In this document: positions 48,604-57,061 of the stretch, one piece after another | How positions within the stretch are numbered: position 1 is the first letter of the stretch | Layout: each line of letters starts with the position of its first letter | NCBI RefSeq assembly: GCF_013408985.1 | Contig: NZ_JACBZT010000001.1 | Coordinates: forward strand, 3,797,197-3,861,196 | DNA: 64,000 bases | Source of the DNA: Petropleomorpha daqingensis | Lineage (GTDB): Bacteria > Actinomycetota > Actinomycetes > Mycobacteriales > Geodermatophilaceae | Direction of reading: 5' to 3' | Program-made: the position numbers and the translations under genes | The notes under the pieces: model-generated | Database searches by the model: none | What the model was told of the DNA's origin: nothing | The model's input: the letters and a program-made list of their open reading frames with translations, nothing else

Positions 48604-49584
48604 GTGAGCACGCCGGAGGTGCCCGTCCCGACACTGGTCGGGCAGAGCGTGGTGGTGGAGCCGGACGCCGTCCGGATCCTCGACCGCCGCGTGTTCCCCT
48701 TCGAGCGCACCTGGGTGACCTGCCGCAGCGTCGAGGACGTCGCGAAGGCGATCGAGGACATGGTCACGCAGAGCCTCGGCCCGCCGTTCGCGGCCGCGGG
48801 CGGGATGGTGCTCGCGGCGCGCAGCGGGGGACTCGACGCGGTGCGGGAGGCAGCACGGAGGCTGGTCGCCACCCGGCCGACCAACAACGGCATCCGGGAC
48901 GTCGTCGCGTCGCTGCTGGAGGTCGCGGAGGCGGGCGGGGACGTCGAGCGGGCGGCCGCCGAGCTGGCCGAGCGGTACCGGGCCGGCTTCCGGGCGCTGG
49001 GGGAGCACGCGGCGCCGCTGATCCCGGACGGCGCCACGGTGCTCACCCACTGCTGGGCCGACGCGTACCTGACCGAGACGGTCGCCGCGGTGCTCCGCGC
49101 GGGCAAGCGGATCCAGGCGATCTGCACCGAGACCCGCCCCTACCTGCAGGGCGCCCGGCTGACCGCGGAGAGCCTGGCCGAGATGGGCGTGCCGACCCGG
49201 CTGATCACCGACGGCATGGCCGCGCACCTGATGAGCCGCGGCGAGGTCACCACGTTCGTCACCGGGGCCGACCGCGTGACCATGGACGGCGCCGTCGTCA
49301 ACAAGATCGGCACCCTGCAACTCGCCGTCGCGGCACAGGCGTTCGGGGTGCCGTTCGTCGCGCTCGTGCAGGCGCCCGACCGGCAGGCGGCCACCGCGGA
49401 CGACGTCGAGCTCGAGAACCGGGACGGCGACGAGGTGCTGCACTGCCTCGGCCGGCGCACCGCGTCGTCCCGGGTCACCGGCGTCTACCCCGCCTTCGAC
49501 GTCACCCCGCCGCGGTTCGTCAGCGTCGTCGTCACCGACCGCGGGCGGTTCGCGCCGGCCGACGTGGGCTCGTACTTCTCGTGA
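48604..49584 (+). CDS. mtnA: S-methyl-5-thioribose-1-phosphate isomerase (eIF-2B alpha/beta/delta family)
   Basis: e2B2-family sequence (CTETRPYLQGARLTAESL ... VTGADRVTMDGAVVNKIGT). Confidence 0.75.
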   Translation: MSTPEVPVPTLVGQSVVVEPDAVRILDRRVFPFERTWVTCRSVEDVAKAIEDMVTQSLGPPFAAAGGMVLAARSGGLDAVREAARRLVATRPTNNGIRDVVASLLEVAEAGGDVERAAAELAERYRAGFRALGEHAAPLIPDGATVLTHCWADAYLTETVAAVLRAGKRIQAICTETRPYLQGARLTAESLAEMGVPTRLITDGMAAHLMSRGEVTTFVTGADRVTMDGAVVNKIGTLQLAVAAQAFGVPFVALVQAPDRQAATADDVELENRDGDEVLHCLGRRTASSRVTGVYPAFDVTPPRFVSVVVTDRGRFAPADVGSYFS

Positions 49585-50210
49585 GGCCGGCGACCACCCG
49601 CGCCGACGCGGTCGAGCAGCTGATCGAGGTCGGCCGGCTCGCGGTCGAGCGCGGGCTCGTGCTGGCCAGCGGCGGCAACCTGTCGGCCCGGCTGCCCGGC
49701 GAGGGTGACTTCGTGATCACCGGGACCGGCACCTGGCTCGACCGCCTCACGCCGGCCGACTTCAGCGTCATGAGTCCGGACGGCGAGGTGGTCGGGGGCG
49801 CCGAGCGGCCCTCGACCGAGTGGAAGCTGCACCAGCGGACCTACCGCGTGCGCCCCGACGTGCACGCCGTCGTCCACCTGCACCCGCAGCACGCCGTCCT
49901 GGTCGACGCGCTCGGCCACCCGATCCGGCTGCTGTCGTTGGACCACGCGGTCTACGTGCGCTCGATCGGCACCGTGCCCTACTTCCCGAACGGCTCCGAC
50001 GAGCTGGCCGAAGCCGCGGCCGAGCAGGCGCGCGAGCACGACTGCATCGTGCTGTCGCACCACGGCTGCTCGGCGCTGGGGGAGGACGTCCGCATGGCGT
50101 TCCGGCGGGCGATGAACCTGGAGGAGGCCGCCGTCGCCACCTACCGGATGCTGCTGCTCGGCGACACCACCACCGCGTTCCCCAAGGGAGTCCGGCTCCA
50201 CCACGAGTGA
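49581..50210 (+). CDS. class II aldolase/adducin family protein (methylthioribulose-1-phosphate dehydratase-like)
   Basis: Conserved His metal-ligand region (HAVVHLHPQHAV). GTGA overlap with mtnA. Confidence 0.75.
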   Translation: MRPATTRADAVEQLIEVGRLAVERGLVLASGGNLSARLPGEGDFVITGTGTWLDRLTPADFSVMSPDGEVVGGAERPSTEWKLHQRTYRVRPDVHAVVHLHPQHAVLVDALGHPIRLLSLDHAVYVRSIGTVPYFPNGSDELAEAAAEQAREHDCIVLSHHGCSALGEDVRMAFRRAMNLEEAAVATYRMLLLGDTTTAFPKGVRLHHE

Positions 50211-50296
50211 GTCACCGCGCGACCGATGAGTTCCCGTGGCGGGCGTCGTTCCAGTAGGCAGAGGAGCGACAACCGCTGCGGAGAAGGAGGCAGGAC

Positions 50297-50698
50297 ATGG
50301 ACTGGAAGCTCGAAGTTCTCGTCATCCCGGTGAGCGACGTGGACCGCGCGAAGGAGTTCTACGCCGGCAAGCTCGGCTTCTCCCTCGACACCGACTTCGC
50401 GCCGAACGAGCACTTCCGGGTCGTGCAGGTGACCCCGCCGGGCTCGGCGTGCTCGATCGTGTTCGGCAAGGGCCTGCCGACCGGGTCGCAGATGAAGGGC
50501 TGCCAGTTCGTCGTCGCCGACATCGCCGCGGCCGCCGACCAGCTGACCGGTGCCGGCATCGAGCACAGCGGGATGGTGCACTTCGCCGACGGGGCGCAGA
50601 CCCCCGGGCGCGACCCGCAGGACGCCGACTACGGCACCTTCGTCTTCTTCGACGACCCGGACGGCAACACCTGGTCGGTGCAGCAGGGCAAGCGGTGA
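50297..50698 (+). CDS. VOC / glyoxalase-bleomycin-resistance family protein
   Basis: Paired beta-alpha-beta-beta-beta modules (LEVLVIPVSDVDRAKEFY ... FFDDPDGNTW). Confidence 0.8.
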   Translation: MDWKLEVLVIPVSDVDRAKEFYAGKLGFSLDTDFAPNEHFRVVQVTPPGSACSIVFGKGLPTGSQMKGCQFVVADIAAAADQLTGAGIEHSGMVHFADGAQTPGRDPQDADYGTFVFFDDPDGNTWSVQQGKR

Positions 50699-51636
50699 CC
50701 GCAGCGCCGGCGCTCGACTTCGACGCCGCGACGTCGCCGCACCGGCGCGAGCTGCACGTGCACTGCTACCGGATGCTGGCCTCGTTCGACGACGCCGAGG
50801 ACGCCGTCCAGGAGACCTACCTGCGCGCCTGGCGGGCGTGGGACGGCTTCGACGGGCTGCACCCGCGCGCGTGGCTGTACCGCATCGCGACCAACGTCTG
50901 CACCGACCTCATCCGCGCCCGGAAGCGCCGGTCACCGGAGCGGCCGACCGACATCGCCTGGCTGACGCCCTACCCCGACCGGTTGCTGGACGAGATCCCG
51001 GCCGAGGACGACGGACCCGACGAGGTCGCGGTCGCCCGGGAGACGATCGAGCTCGCCTTCCTGGCCGCCCTGCAGGTGCTGCCCGCCCGGCAGCGGGCGG
51101 CGCTGCTCGCCCGGGAGGTGCTCGGCATGCCCGCCGCGGAGACCGCCGAGCTGCTGGACACCAGCGTCGCGGCCGCGAACAGCGCGCTGCAGCGGGCCCG
51201 GGCGACCATGGCCCAGCACCTGCCGTCGCACCGCGCCGACTGGTCGGCCGGGCAACCCAGCGCCGCGGAGAAGGAGCTGCTCGAGCGGTTCATCGACGCG
51301 CACGAGCGCTGCGACGCGGCGGCGGCGCTGGCCGTGGCCGCCGAGGACATCCGCGTCACCATGCCGCCCTACCCGTGGCTGTTCGACGGGCGGGACGCCC
51401 TCGTGCCGCTGCTGGAGCGCGGGTTCGGCCCCGACCGCGAGGGCGACTGGCGGCTGCTGCCGACCAGCGCGAACCGGATGCCGGCCGCGGCGAGCTACCT
51501 GCGCCGTCCCGGCGACTCCGTCTTCCGCGCCTTCAAGCTCGACGTGCTGCGCATCGAGGACGACGCGATCGCCGAGATCACCACGTTCGGTCCGGCGCTG
51601 TTCGAGGCGCTGGGCCTGCCCCAGACCGTGACCTGA
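50695..51636 (+). CDS. ECF sigma factor with C-terminal SnoaL/NTF2-like extension (ECF41 / SigJ-like)
   Basis: Sigma-70 region 2 (AEDAVQETYLRAWRAW ... YRIATNVCTDLIRAR) and region 4 (LPARQRAALLAREVLGMPAAETAELLDTSVAAANSALQRAR), then a ~100-aa extension. GTGA overlap with the VOC gene. Confidence 0.8.
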   Translation: MTAAPALDFDAATSPHRRELHVHCYRMLASFDDAEDAVQETYLRAWRAWDGFDGLHPRAWLYRIATNVCTDLIRARKRRSPERPTDIAWLTPYPDRLLDEIPAEDDGPDEVAVARETIELAFLAALQVLPARQRAALLAREVLGMPAAETAELLDTSVAAANSALQRARATMAQHLPSHRADWSAGQPSAAEKELLERFIDAHERCDAAAALAVAAEDIRVTMPPYPWLFDGRDALVPLLERGFGPDREGDWRLLPTSANRMPAAASYLRRPGDSVFRAFKLDVLRIEDDAIAEITTFGPALFEALGLPQTVT

Positions 51637-51676
51637 GCCCGCGTCATCCGGGCGCGGATGCGGCGTCGTCAACTGT

Positions 51677-51883
51677 GTGACCGACAACCACGCAGAACCC
51701 CGGCCCTCACTCGCCGCACGCCGCGAGCGCCTCGACCGGCTTCGGCGCGCGGCGGCGCAGGTGGGCACGGCCGACGTGCTGGAGCGGCAGGCCGGCCAGT
51801 CCCGGAGCACGGCCCTGGCCGGCCTGCTCCGCGAGCGCGCCGCCCTGCACCGGCGGGTCGCCGAACGGGTGCGGGCCGGGTAG
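51677..51883 (+). CDS. possible small coiled-coil hypothetical protein (68 aa)
   Basis: ATG-initiated, Arg/Ala-rich helical peptide between the two sigma genes. Could equally be a non-coding leader. Confidence 0.25.
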   Translation: MTDNHAEPRPSLAARRERLDRLRRAAAQVGTADVLERQAGQSRSTALAGLLRERAALHRRVAERVRAG

Positions 51884-51953
51884 CCGTCGCGCCGTCCATT
51901 ACCGAGCCGTGCTGGTCCGGCGGGCGGCGGTCGCCGGTTGTAGCGTCTCCCGC

Positions 51954-53033
51954 ATGCCGGCCCCGGAGCCTGCCGGCCAGCTGCCGGAGCGCCGCGGATC
52001 GGTCGACGTCGCCGCGCTCATCCCGATCGTCCGGCGGATCGTGGCAGCGCGGGTGGCCGACCGGGCCACGGCCGACGACCTGGTCCAGGAGACGCTCGCG
52101 CGGGTGCTCGGCGCGGTCGGCCGGATCGAGGCCGGCATGCTCGAGCCCTACGCGATCGTCACCGCGCGCAACGTGGTCGCCTCGATGTGGCGCGAGCAGG
52201 ACCGCCAGCGCCGCCACCAGCACCGGGTGGTCGACCTGCGGCCGTCCGAGGCCCCCGACGAGGACCTCCTCGCCCAGGAGGACCGCGCGGCCATGGCCGA
52301 GGCGCTCACCCGGCTGTCCGACCGCGAACGCGACACCCTACTCGCCCACGAGGTGTCCGGGCAGGACACCCGCTCGCTCGCCCGGGAGCTCGGGTCCACC
52401 GCCGGCGCCGTCGCCGCCCAGCTCAACCGGACCCGTGCCCGGCTGCGCGTGGAGTACCTGCTGGCCGCCGAGCGGGTCGAGCCGGACACCGAGCGCTGCC
52501 GCCCGGTGCTGCTGGCCATCTCGAGCGGGGACCGGCGCCGGCAGCGGGAGGTGGACGCGGCCCGCCACCTCCTCGAGTGCGAGCTCTGCGCCCGGCTCAG
52601 CGAGCCGCTGATGGGCCGCGGCCGGGGCCGGCAGGAGGAGGTCCGCGTCGCCGTCCGCACCGATGCCGACGTCGTCGCCGCCCGGCAGGCGGCCCGGGAG
52701 CTGGCCGAGCGGCTCGACTTCTCGCCGACGGAGCTGACCGAGATCGCCACCGCCGTCTCGGAGATCGTGCGCAACATCGTCCGGTTCGCCGACTCCGGCG
52801 ACGTGCTGGTCGAGCTGCTGGATGCGCCGCGGCGCGGGCTGCGGATCACCGCACGCGACTCGGGTCCCGGCATCGCCGACGTCCAGCAGGCCCTGCAGGA
52901 CGGCTACAGCACCTACCAGGGGCTCGGCCTGGGACTTCCGGGCGCACGGCGGCTGATGGACGAGTTCGCCGTCGTCTCCGAGCGGGGACGCGGCACGACC
53001 GTGACCATGATCAAGTGGCGGGGGGCGGAATGA
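51954..53033 (+). CDS. fusion protein: ECF sigma factor (regions 2 and 4) - zinc-anti-sigma-like HxxxCxxC linker - RsbT-type serine kinase (HATPase_c)
   Basis: Region 2 (DDLVQETLARVLGAV ... YAIVTARNVVASMWRE). Region 4 (LSDRERDTLLAHEVSGQDTRSLARELGSTAGAVAAQLNRTRARL). Linker motif C(x23)HLLECELC. C-terminal domain (DVVAARQAARELAERLDFS ... VSEIVRNI ... ARDSGPGIADVQQALQDGYSTYQGLGLGLPGARRLMDEF ... IKWRG) resembles B. subtilis RsbT throughout. Single uninterrupted ORF. Confidence 0.65.
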   Translation: MPAPEPAGQLPERRGSVDVAALIPIVRRIVAARVADRATADDLVQETLARVLGAVGRIEAGMLEPYAIVTARNVVASMWREQDRQRRHQHRVVDLRPSEAPDEDLLAQEDRAAMAEALTRLSDRERDTLLAHEVSGQDTRSLARELGSTAGAVAAQLNRTRARLRVEYLLAAERVEPDTERCRPVLLAISSGDRRRQREVDAARHLLECELCARLSEPLMGRGRGRQEEVRVAVRTDADVVAARQAARELAERLDFSPTELTEIATAVSEIVRNIVRFADSGDVLVELLDAPRRGLRITARDSGPGIADVQQALQDGYSTYQGLGLGLPGARRLMDEFAVVSERGRGTTVTMIKWRGAE

Positions 53034-53052
53034 CGACCAGGGAGGGCACACC

Positions 53053-53922
53053 GTGACCGAGCGAGCGTCTGTCGTCGACGACGAGGGGCTGCTGCCGCAG
53101 CTCGTGGCCCATCTGCGCGAGCACCGCACCCGGCTGCGCCAGGAGTGGGCCGGCCGGATCCACGAGGCGCACCTCCTGCAGGCGATGACCGCCCAGGAGA
53201 TGGCCGCCGAGACCACGTCGGTCTACGACAACTACGTCGAGGTGCTCGAGACCGGCAGCGTCGAGGCGCTCCAGCACTACGCCCGCGACCTGTCCGAGCG
53301 GATCATCCCCAGGGGCGTGGAGACGCACGAGGTCGTCGGCATCGTCCTGCTGCTCCGCGACGTCCTCGCCCGCTCCCTGTTCGAGAAGTACCAGCGCGAC
53401 TTCCCGCACCTCAACCGGGTGCTCGACGCCTACGAGCCCGCGGCGAACCGGATCGCCAACACCGTCGCGGTGAGCTTCGTCGACGAGCGCGAACGCGTCA
53501 TCCGCCAGCAGCAGGACTCGATCCGCGAGCTGTCCACCCCCGTGCTGCCGGTCCGCGAGCGGCTGCTGATCCTGCCGATCATCGGCGTGCTCGACCAGCA
53601 GCGGGCGCGGCAGCTGACCGAGCAGCTGCTGACCGGGATCCGCACCCACCGGGCCAAGGTCGTCGTCATCGACATCACCGGCGTCCCGGACGTCGACGAG
53701 ACGGTGGCCAACCACCTGGTGCAGACCGTCGACGCCTCGCGGCTCATGGGCGCCAGCGTGATCATCACCGGACTGTCGCCGCTGATCGCGCAGACCCTGG
53801 TCACCATCGGCGTCGACCTGTCCAAGATGAACACCATCGGCGACCTGCAGGGCGGCCTCGAGGAGGCCGAGCGGCTGCTCGGCTACGAGGTGACCCGCGA
53901 CAGCGCGGCGGGTGGGCCGTGA
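53053..53922 (+). CDS. rsbR: RsbR-like stressosome protein (N-terminal non-haem globin-like sensor plus C-terminal STAS)
   Basis: STAS domain with conserved ELSTPVLPV and DITGVPDVD phosphorylatable Thr positions. About 150-aa helical N-domain. Confidence 0.75.
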   Translation: MTERASVVDDEGLLPQLVAHLREHRTRLRQEWAGRIHEAHLLQAMTAQEMAAETTSVYDNYVEVLETGSVEALQHYARDLSERIIPRGVETHEVVGIVLLLRDVLARSLFEKYQRDFPHLNRVLDAYEPAANRIANTVAVSFVDERERVIRQQQDSIRELSTPVLPVRERLLILPIIGVLDQQRARQLTEQLLTGIRTHRAKVVVIDITGVPDVDETVANHLVQTVDASRLMGASVIITGLSPLIAQTLVTIGVDLSKMNTIGDLQGGLEEAERLLGYEVTRDSAAGGP

Positions 53923-54302
53923 CCAGCGGCCCCCGGCTCTTCTCCATCCTGCGTCAGGGCGCCTACCTGATCGCCTCGATCCACACCGCCCTCGACGACT
54001 CCCAGCTGCTGCGCTTCCAGCAGGACCTCGTCGAGCGGATCGGCCGGGACCGTGCCCGGGGCGTGGTCATCGACGTCGCCGCCCTCGACGTGCTCGACTC
54101 CTTCGCCTCCCGCACGCTGCGCGACATGGGCGAGATGGCCCGGCTGCGCGGGGCGGTGACGGTGATCGTCGGCATCCAGCCCGACGTCGCCTTCGCGATG
54201 GTCCGCCTGGGGATGGACACCGGCTCGGTCTCCACGGCCCTGGACCTCGAGGAGGGTCTGCTGCTCCTCGACCGCGCCACCTCGACCGCACGCCGCCCGT
54301 GA
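53919..54302 (+). CDS. rsbS: RsbS-like STAS-domain protein (anti-sigma-factor-antagonist fold)
   Basis: Single STAS domain (~125 aa). GTGA overlap with rsbR. Confidence 0.75.
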   Translation: MTSGPRLFSILRQGAYLIASIHTALDDSQLLRFQQDLVERIGRDRARGVVIDVAALDVLDSFASRTLRDMGEMARLRGAVTVIVGIQPDVAFAMVRLGMDTGSVSTALDLEEGLLLLDRATSTARRP

Positions 54303-54589
54303 CCACCCAGGACGACGCGGCGCGCGACTACCGGGCGGCGTTCCTGCGCTTCCTCGGCCGGCACGAGGAGGTGGCCCGGCACGCGGGCTACGAGCTGGGC
54401 CGCGCGGCGCTCGCCGCGGACCTGAGCCTGCTCACCCTGGTGCGGGTGCACCACGACGTGCTGATCGAGGTGCTGCGCGACACCCCGGCCGACGAGGTCT
54501 CGGCCGTGGCGGGTGCCGCGTCGGACTTCCTGCTCGAGGTGCTGGCCAGCTACGACATGGTCCAGCGCGCCCTCCGCGAGGACGGCTGA
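54299..54589 (+). CDS. free-standing RsbU N-terminal (RsbT-binding) domain protein
   Basis: Resembles the B. subtilis RsbU N-domain (YRAAFLRFL ... LVRVHHDVLIEVL ... DFLLEVLASYDMVQRAL vs YHQLLSRYI ... IISIHRKVLKEL ... DFLIEVMIGYGMAYQ). No PP2C domain follows. GTGA overlap with rsbS. Confidence 0.6.
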   Translation: MTTQDDAARDYRAAFLRFLGRHEEVARHAGYELGRAALAADLSLLTLVRVHHDVLIEVLRDTPADEVSAVAGAASDFLLEVLASYDMVQRALREDG

Positions 54590-54599
54590 GCGGACGGAG

Positions 54600-54676
54600 C
54601 CACGTGCCCCCGCACGGGGGAAACGGGGGCACGTGGCCGTAGTGGGGGAGCGGTCCGGGGCCATGGGCCGCTCCCC
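54600..54676. terminator. two consecutive GC-rich hairpins between convergent genes
   Basis: Hairpin 1: CCACGTGCCCCCG-loop-CGGGGGCACGTGG (13-bp stem). Hairpin 2: GGGGAGCGG-loop-CCGCTCCCC. Confidence 0.55.
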
Positions 54677-54691
54677 GGTCCGGTGCCCGGC

Positions 54692-55243
54692 CTACGCGGT
54701 CCCGAGCAGACCGAGCAGCTGGTTGAGCAGGTTCGCCAGAGCGCCGCCCGTGGTGCCGCCGTTGAGCAGGTTCGCGACCGCGCACAGCAGGTTGCCCAGC
54801 AGGTTCCCCGGTCCCTGGACCGCCGTGATCACCAGGTGGACCTGGTTGAGGTCCACGACCAGCCCGAGCAGGTCCAGGTGGAGCGGGCCGAGCGTCAGGT
54901 CGAGGATCGTGCAGGAGCCGGTGGCCTGAGCGGCCGTGACGGGCGCGCTCGCCGTCTGCGAGACCGGTGTTGTCGTGCCGGTGAGCGAGGTCAGCGTGCC
55001 CTGCACCAGCCCGGTCACCGTCGTCTGCCCGCCGGAGCGGGCGAACCCGGTCGGGGTGAAGGTGCCGACGAAGGTTCCGACACCTGGGATCGTCTGGTTG
55101 ATCGTGCTGGTGAGCGTGGCGGGCGCGGCGGCGGCAGTGGGCGCCGCCGTGGGGGCCGGCGCGGCCGCGGCCGAGGTCGCGGTCAGGCCGATCGTGCCGG
55201 CGACGAGCGCGGCGGTCAGGGGAGCGATCAGGCGGATGCGCAT
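54692..55243 (-). CDS. secreted Thr/Gly/Leu-rich hypothetical protein (~183 aa) with repetitive NLLGNLL-type C-terminal motifs
   Basis: ATG at 55243 gives a signal peptide (MRIRLIAPLTAALVAGTIGLTATSAAAAP), then a low-complexity mature region. The upstream part of the longer ORF is Arg-rich junk. Confidence 0.5.
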   Translation of the reverse strand: MRIRLIAPLTAALVAGTIGLTATSAAAAPAPTAAPTAAAAPATLTSTINQTIPGVGTFVGTFTPTGFARSGGQTTVTGLVQGTLTSLTGTTTPVSQTASAPVTAAQATGSCTILDLTLGPLHLDLLGLVVDLNQVHLVITAVQGPGNLLGNLLCAVANLLNGGTTGGALANLLNQLLGLLGTA

Positions 55244-55502
55244 GCGTGGTCTCCAGGGCTGAGGGAGCCGGCGGCCGGAGCGGTCCCGTCGGCGCGTGCA
55301 CCGGTGAAGAGGTCCCGACCGGTTTCGCATGACGGGGAGCGCGCCGGTCGATGCCGTCAGATCGGCGGCGCGTCCCGCGTCATCCCGGGGTCGCGGGCGC
55401 GTCCGGACCTGAACCAGACGAAGTCGTCTCGCCCCGGGGTGCGCGCAACGGTCTCCGGGGTGACCCTGCAAGGGAGGTTCTTCCGAGGGGGAGGGGACGG
55501 CG

Positions 55503-56624
55503 ATGGTCGTCCACCACGGCCGGCACAGGCGGCGGAACAGGACGGCGCGCCTCGCCCTGATCAGCGCCGCCGTCGTCCTCCTGCTCGCCGGGGTGGTCGC
55601 GGTGGTCCTGCACGCCGGGAGTGGCCACGGCGGGGCGTCCGCGGCCGGGAACCCGAGCGGGACGCCGACGCGCACCACGGCCTCCTCGGCGTCCTCGACG
55701 GCCCCGCGCCCCAGTTCGCCCACCCCCACCGCGGGTGCCGTGATCGCCGTCGGCGGGACGCCGCACTGCGTGAAGCTCGCCCCGGACGGGAGCTTCGCCT
55801 ACGTCGCCGACCCGGCGGCCGGCACCGTCATCCGCCTCGATCCGGCCACCGGGAGGGTGACCGCGACGATCGCGATCCCGCAGGCGCCACCCGAGATGGT
55901 GTCGATCGCGCCGGACGGGCGACGCGCCTTCGTCGGCGCCTACACGGAGGACTTCGCGACCGACCTCGTCGCGGTCGTGGACACGGCCAGCAACACGGTG
56001 ACGAGGACGATCCCCGTGGGCCGCGGGCCGTACGCCCTCGCGCAGGGCCCGGACGGCCGGCTCTACGTGCCGCTGTACGACGACGACCACCTCGAGGTCG
56101 TCGATCCGGACGCCGGCGCCGTCGTGGCCCGCGTGCCGATGGCGCGAAGCCCGCACTGGATCGCCTTCGCCCCCGGTGGGCGCACCGCCTACGTTCCCAA
56201 CCACTTCTCCGACGTGGTCAGCGTCCTCGACCTGGCCTCGGACCGCGTGACGGCCACGATCGGGGTGGGCGACGGGCCGCACGCGATCACGCTGTCGCCC
56301 GACGGCACCCGCGCCGCGGTCGTGAACTACATCAGCGGCGACGTCTCGGTGATCGACCTGGCGACCGGCACGGTCGTGGCCACCGTGCCCGGCGTCGGCG
56401 CCGCGCCGCAGGACGTCGAGTACGCCCCCGACGGCCGGCACCTGTACACCGCCAACTCGAACGACGGGACGGTCTCGGTCATCGACACCGCCACCGGGAC
56501 GGTCACCGCCCGGGTCGCGACCGGTGCCGGCCCGACCAGCATCGCGGTGCTGCCCGACGGCACCGAGGCGATGGTGACCGGCTTCGACGACGGCACCGTG
56601 CGCATGCTCCGGACCGGTTCCTGA
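55503..56624 (+). CDS. membrane-anchored YncE-like beta-propeller repeat (YVTN) protein
   Basis: N-terminal TM anchor, Ser/Thr/Pro linker, then repeated (D)G(x)(x)(Y/A)V(x)N blades (PDGSFAYVADPAAGTV, PDGRRAFVGAY, PDGTRAAVVNY, PDGRHLYTANSNDGTV). Confidence 0.75.
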   Translation: MVVHHGRHRRRNRTARLALISAAVVLLLAGVVAVVLHAGSGHGGASAAGNPSGTPTRTTASSASSTAPRPSSPTPTAGAVIAVGGTPHCVKLAPDGSFAYVADPAAGTVIRLDPATGRVTATIAIPQAPPEMVSIAPDGRRAFVGAYTEDFATDLVAVVDTASNTVTRTIPVGRGPYALAQGPDGRLYVPLYDDDHLEVVDPDAGAVVARVPMARSPHWIAFAPGGRTAYVPNHFSDVVSVLDLASDRVTATIGVGDGPHAITLSPDGTRAAVVNYISGDVSVIDLATGTVVATVPGVGAAPQDVEYAPDGRHLYTANSNDGTVSVIDTATGTVTARVATGAGPTSIAVLPDGTEAMVTGFDDGTVRMLRTGS

Positions 56625-56704
56625 GGGACGAAGGTCCCGGTCGGCTGCACGCCGTCGCACCGCGTGCCGAAAGCTGCAGCACTCCGAGCAGTAGGAGAGC
56701 AGCC

Positions 56705-57013
56705 ATGGCCTCGCACGCCGACGTCCCGCCCGGCGACCAGCTCCGGGCGGCGGTCTCGATCCTCAGCAGCGCTGCCGCCGACCGGCAGTGGGGCGGTGCT
56801 CCCGTCGTCCGCGTCCGGGCCGGCGGCCTGCAGCTCGGCGACGGCCGCGGGGTGGTCGACGCCGCGGCCGTGTACCAGGCCGCGCGCGGGCTAGTCGGAG
56901 CGCTGCTCGACGACCTGGTGCAGAGCACCGGCCGCGACCTCGACGACGTCGTCGGCCCGTGGCTGCTCTCCCTCGAGGTGCGCGAGGCGTTCGCCGGCGT
57001 CGACGGCGTCTGA
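56705..57013 (+). CDS. hypothetical protein (~102 aa)
   Basis: ATG-initiated, GC3-rich ORF in an otherwise empty interval. Confidence 0.35.
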   Translation: MASHADVPPGDQLRAAVSILSSAAADRQWGGAPVVRVRAGGLQLGDGRGVVDAAAVYQAARGLVGALLDDLVQSTGRDLDDVVGPWLLSLEVREAFAGVDGV

Positions 57014-57061
57014 CGCGCGGCGGACTCGGACGCGGTCGGTCGAGGGGGATACGGTCCGCTC

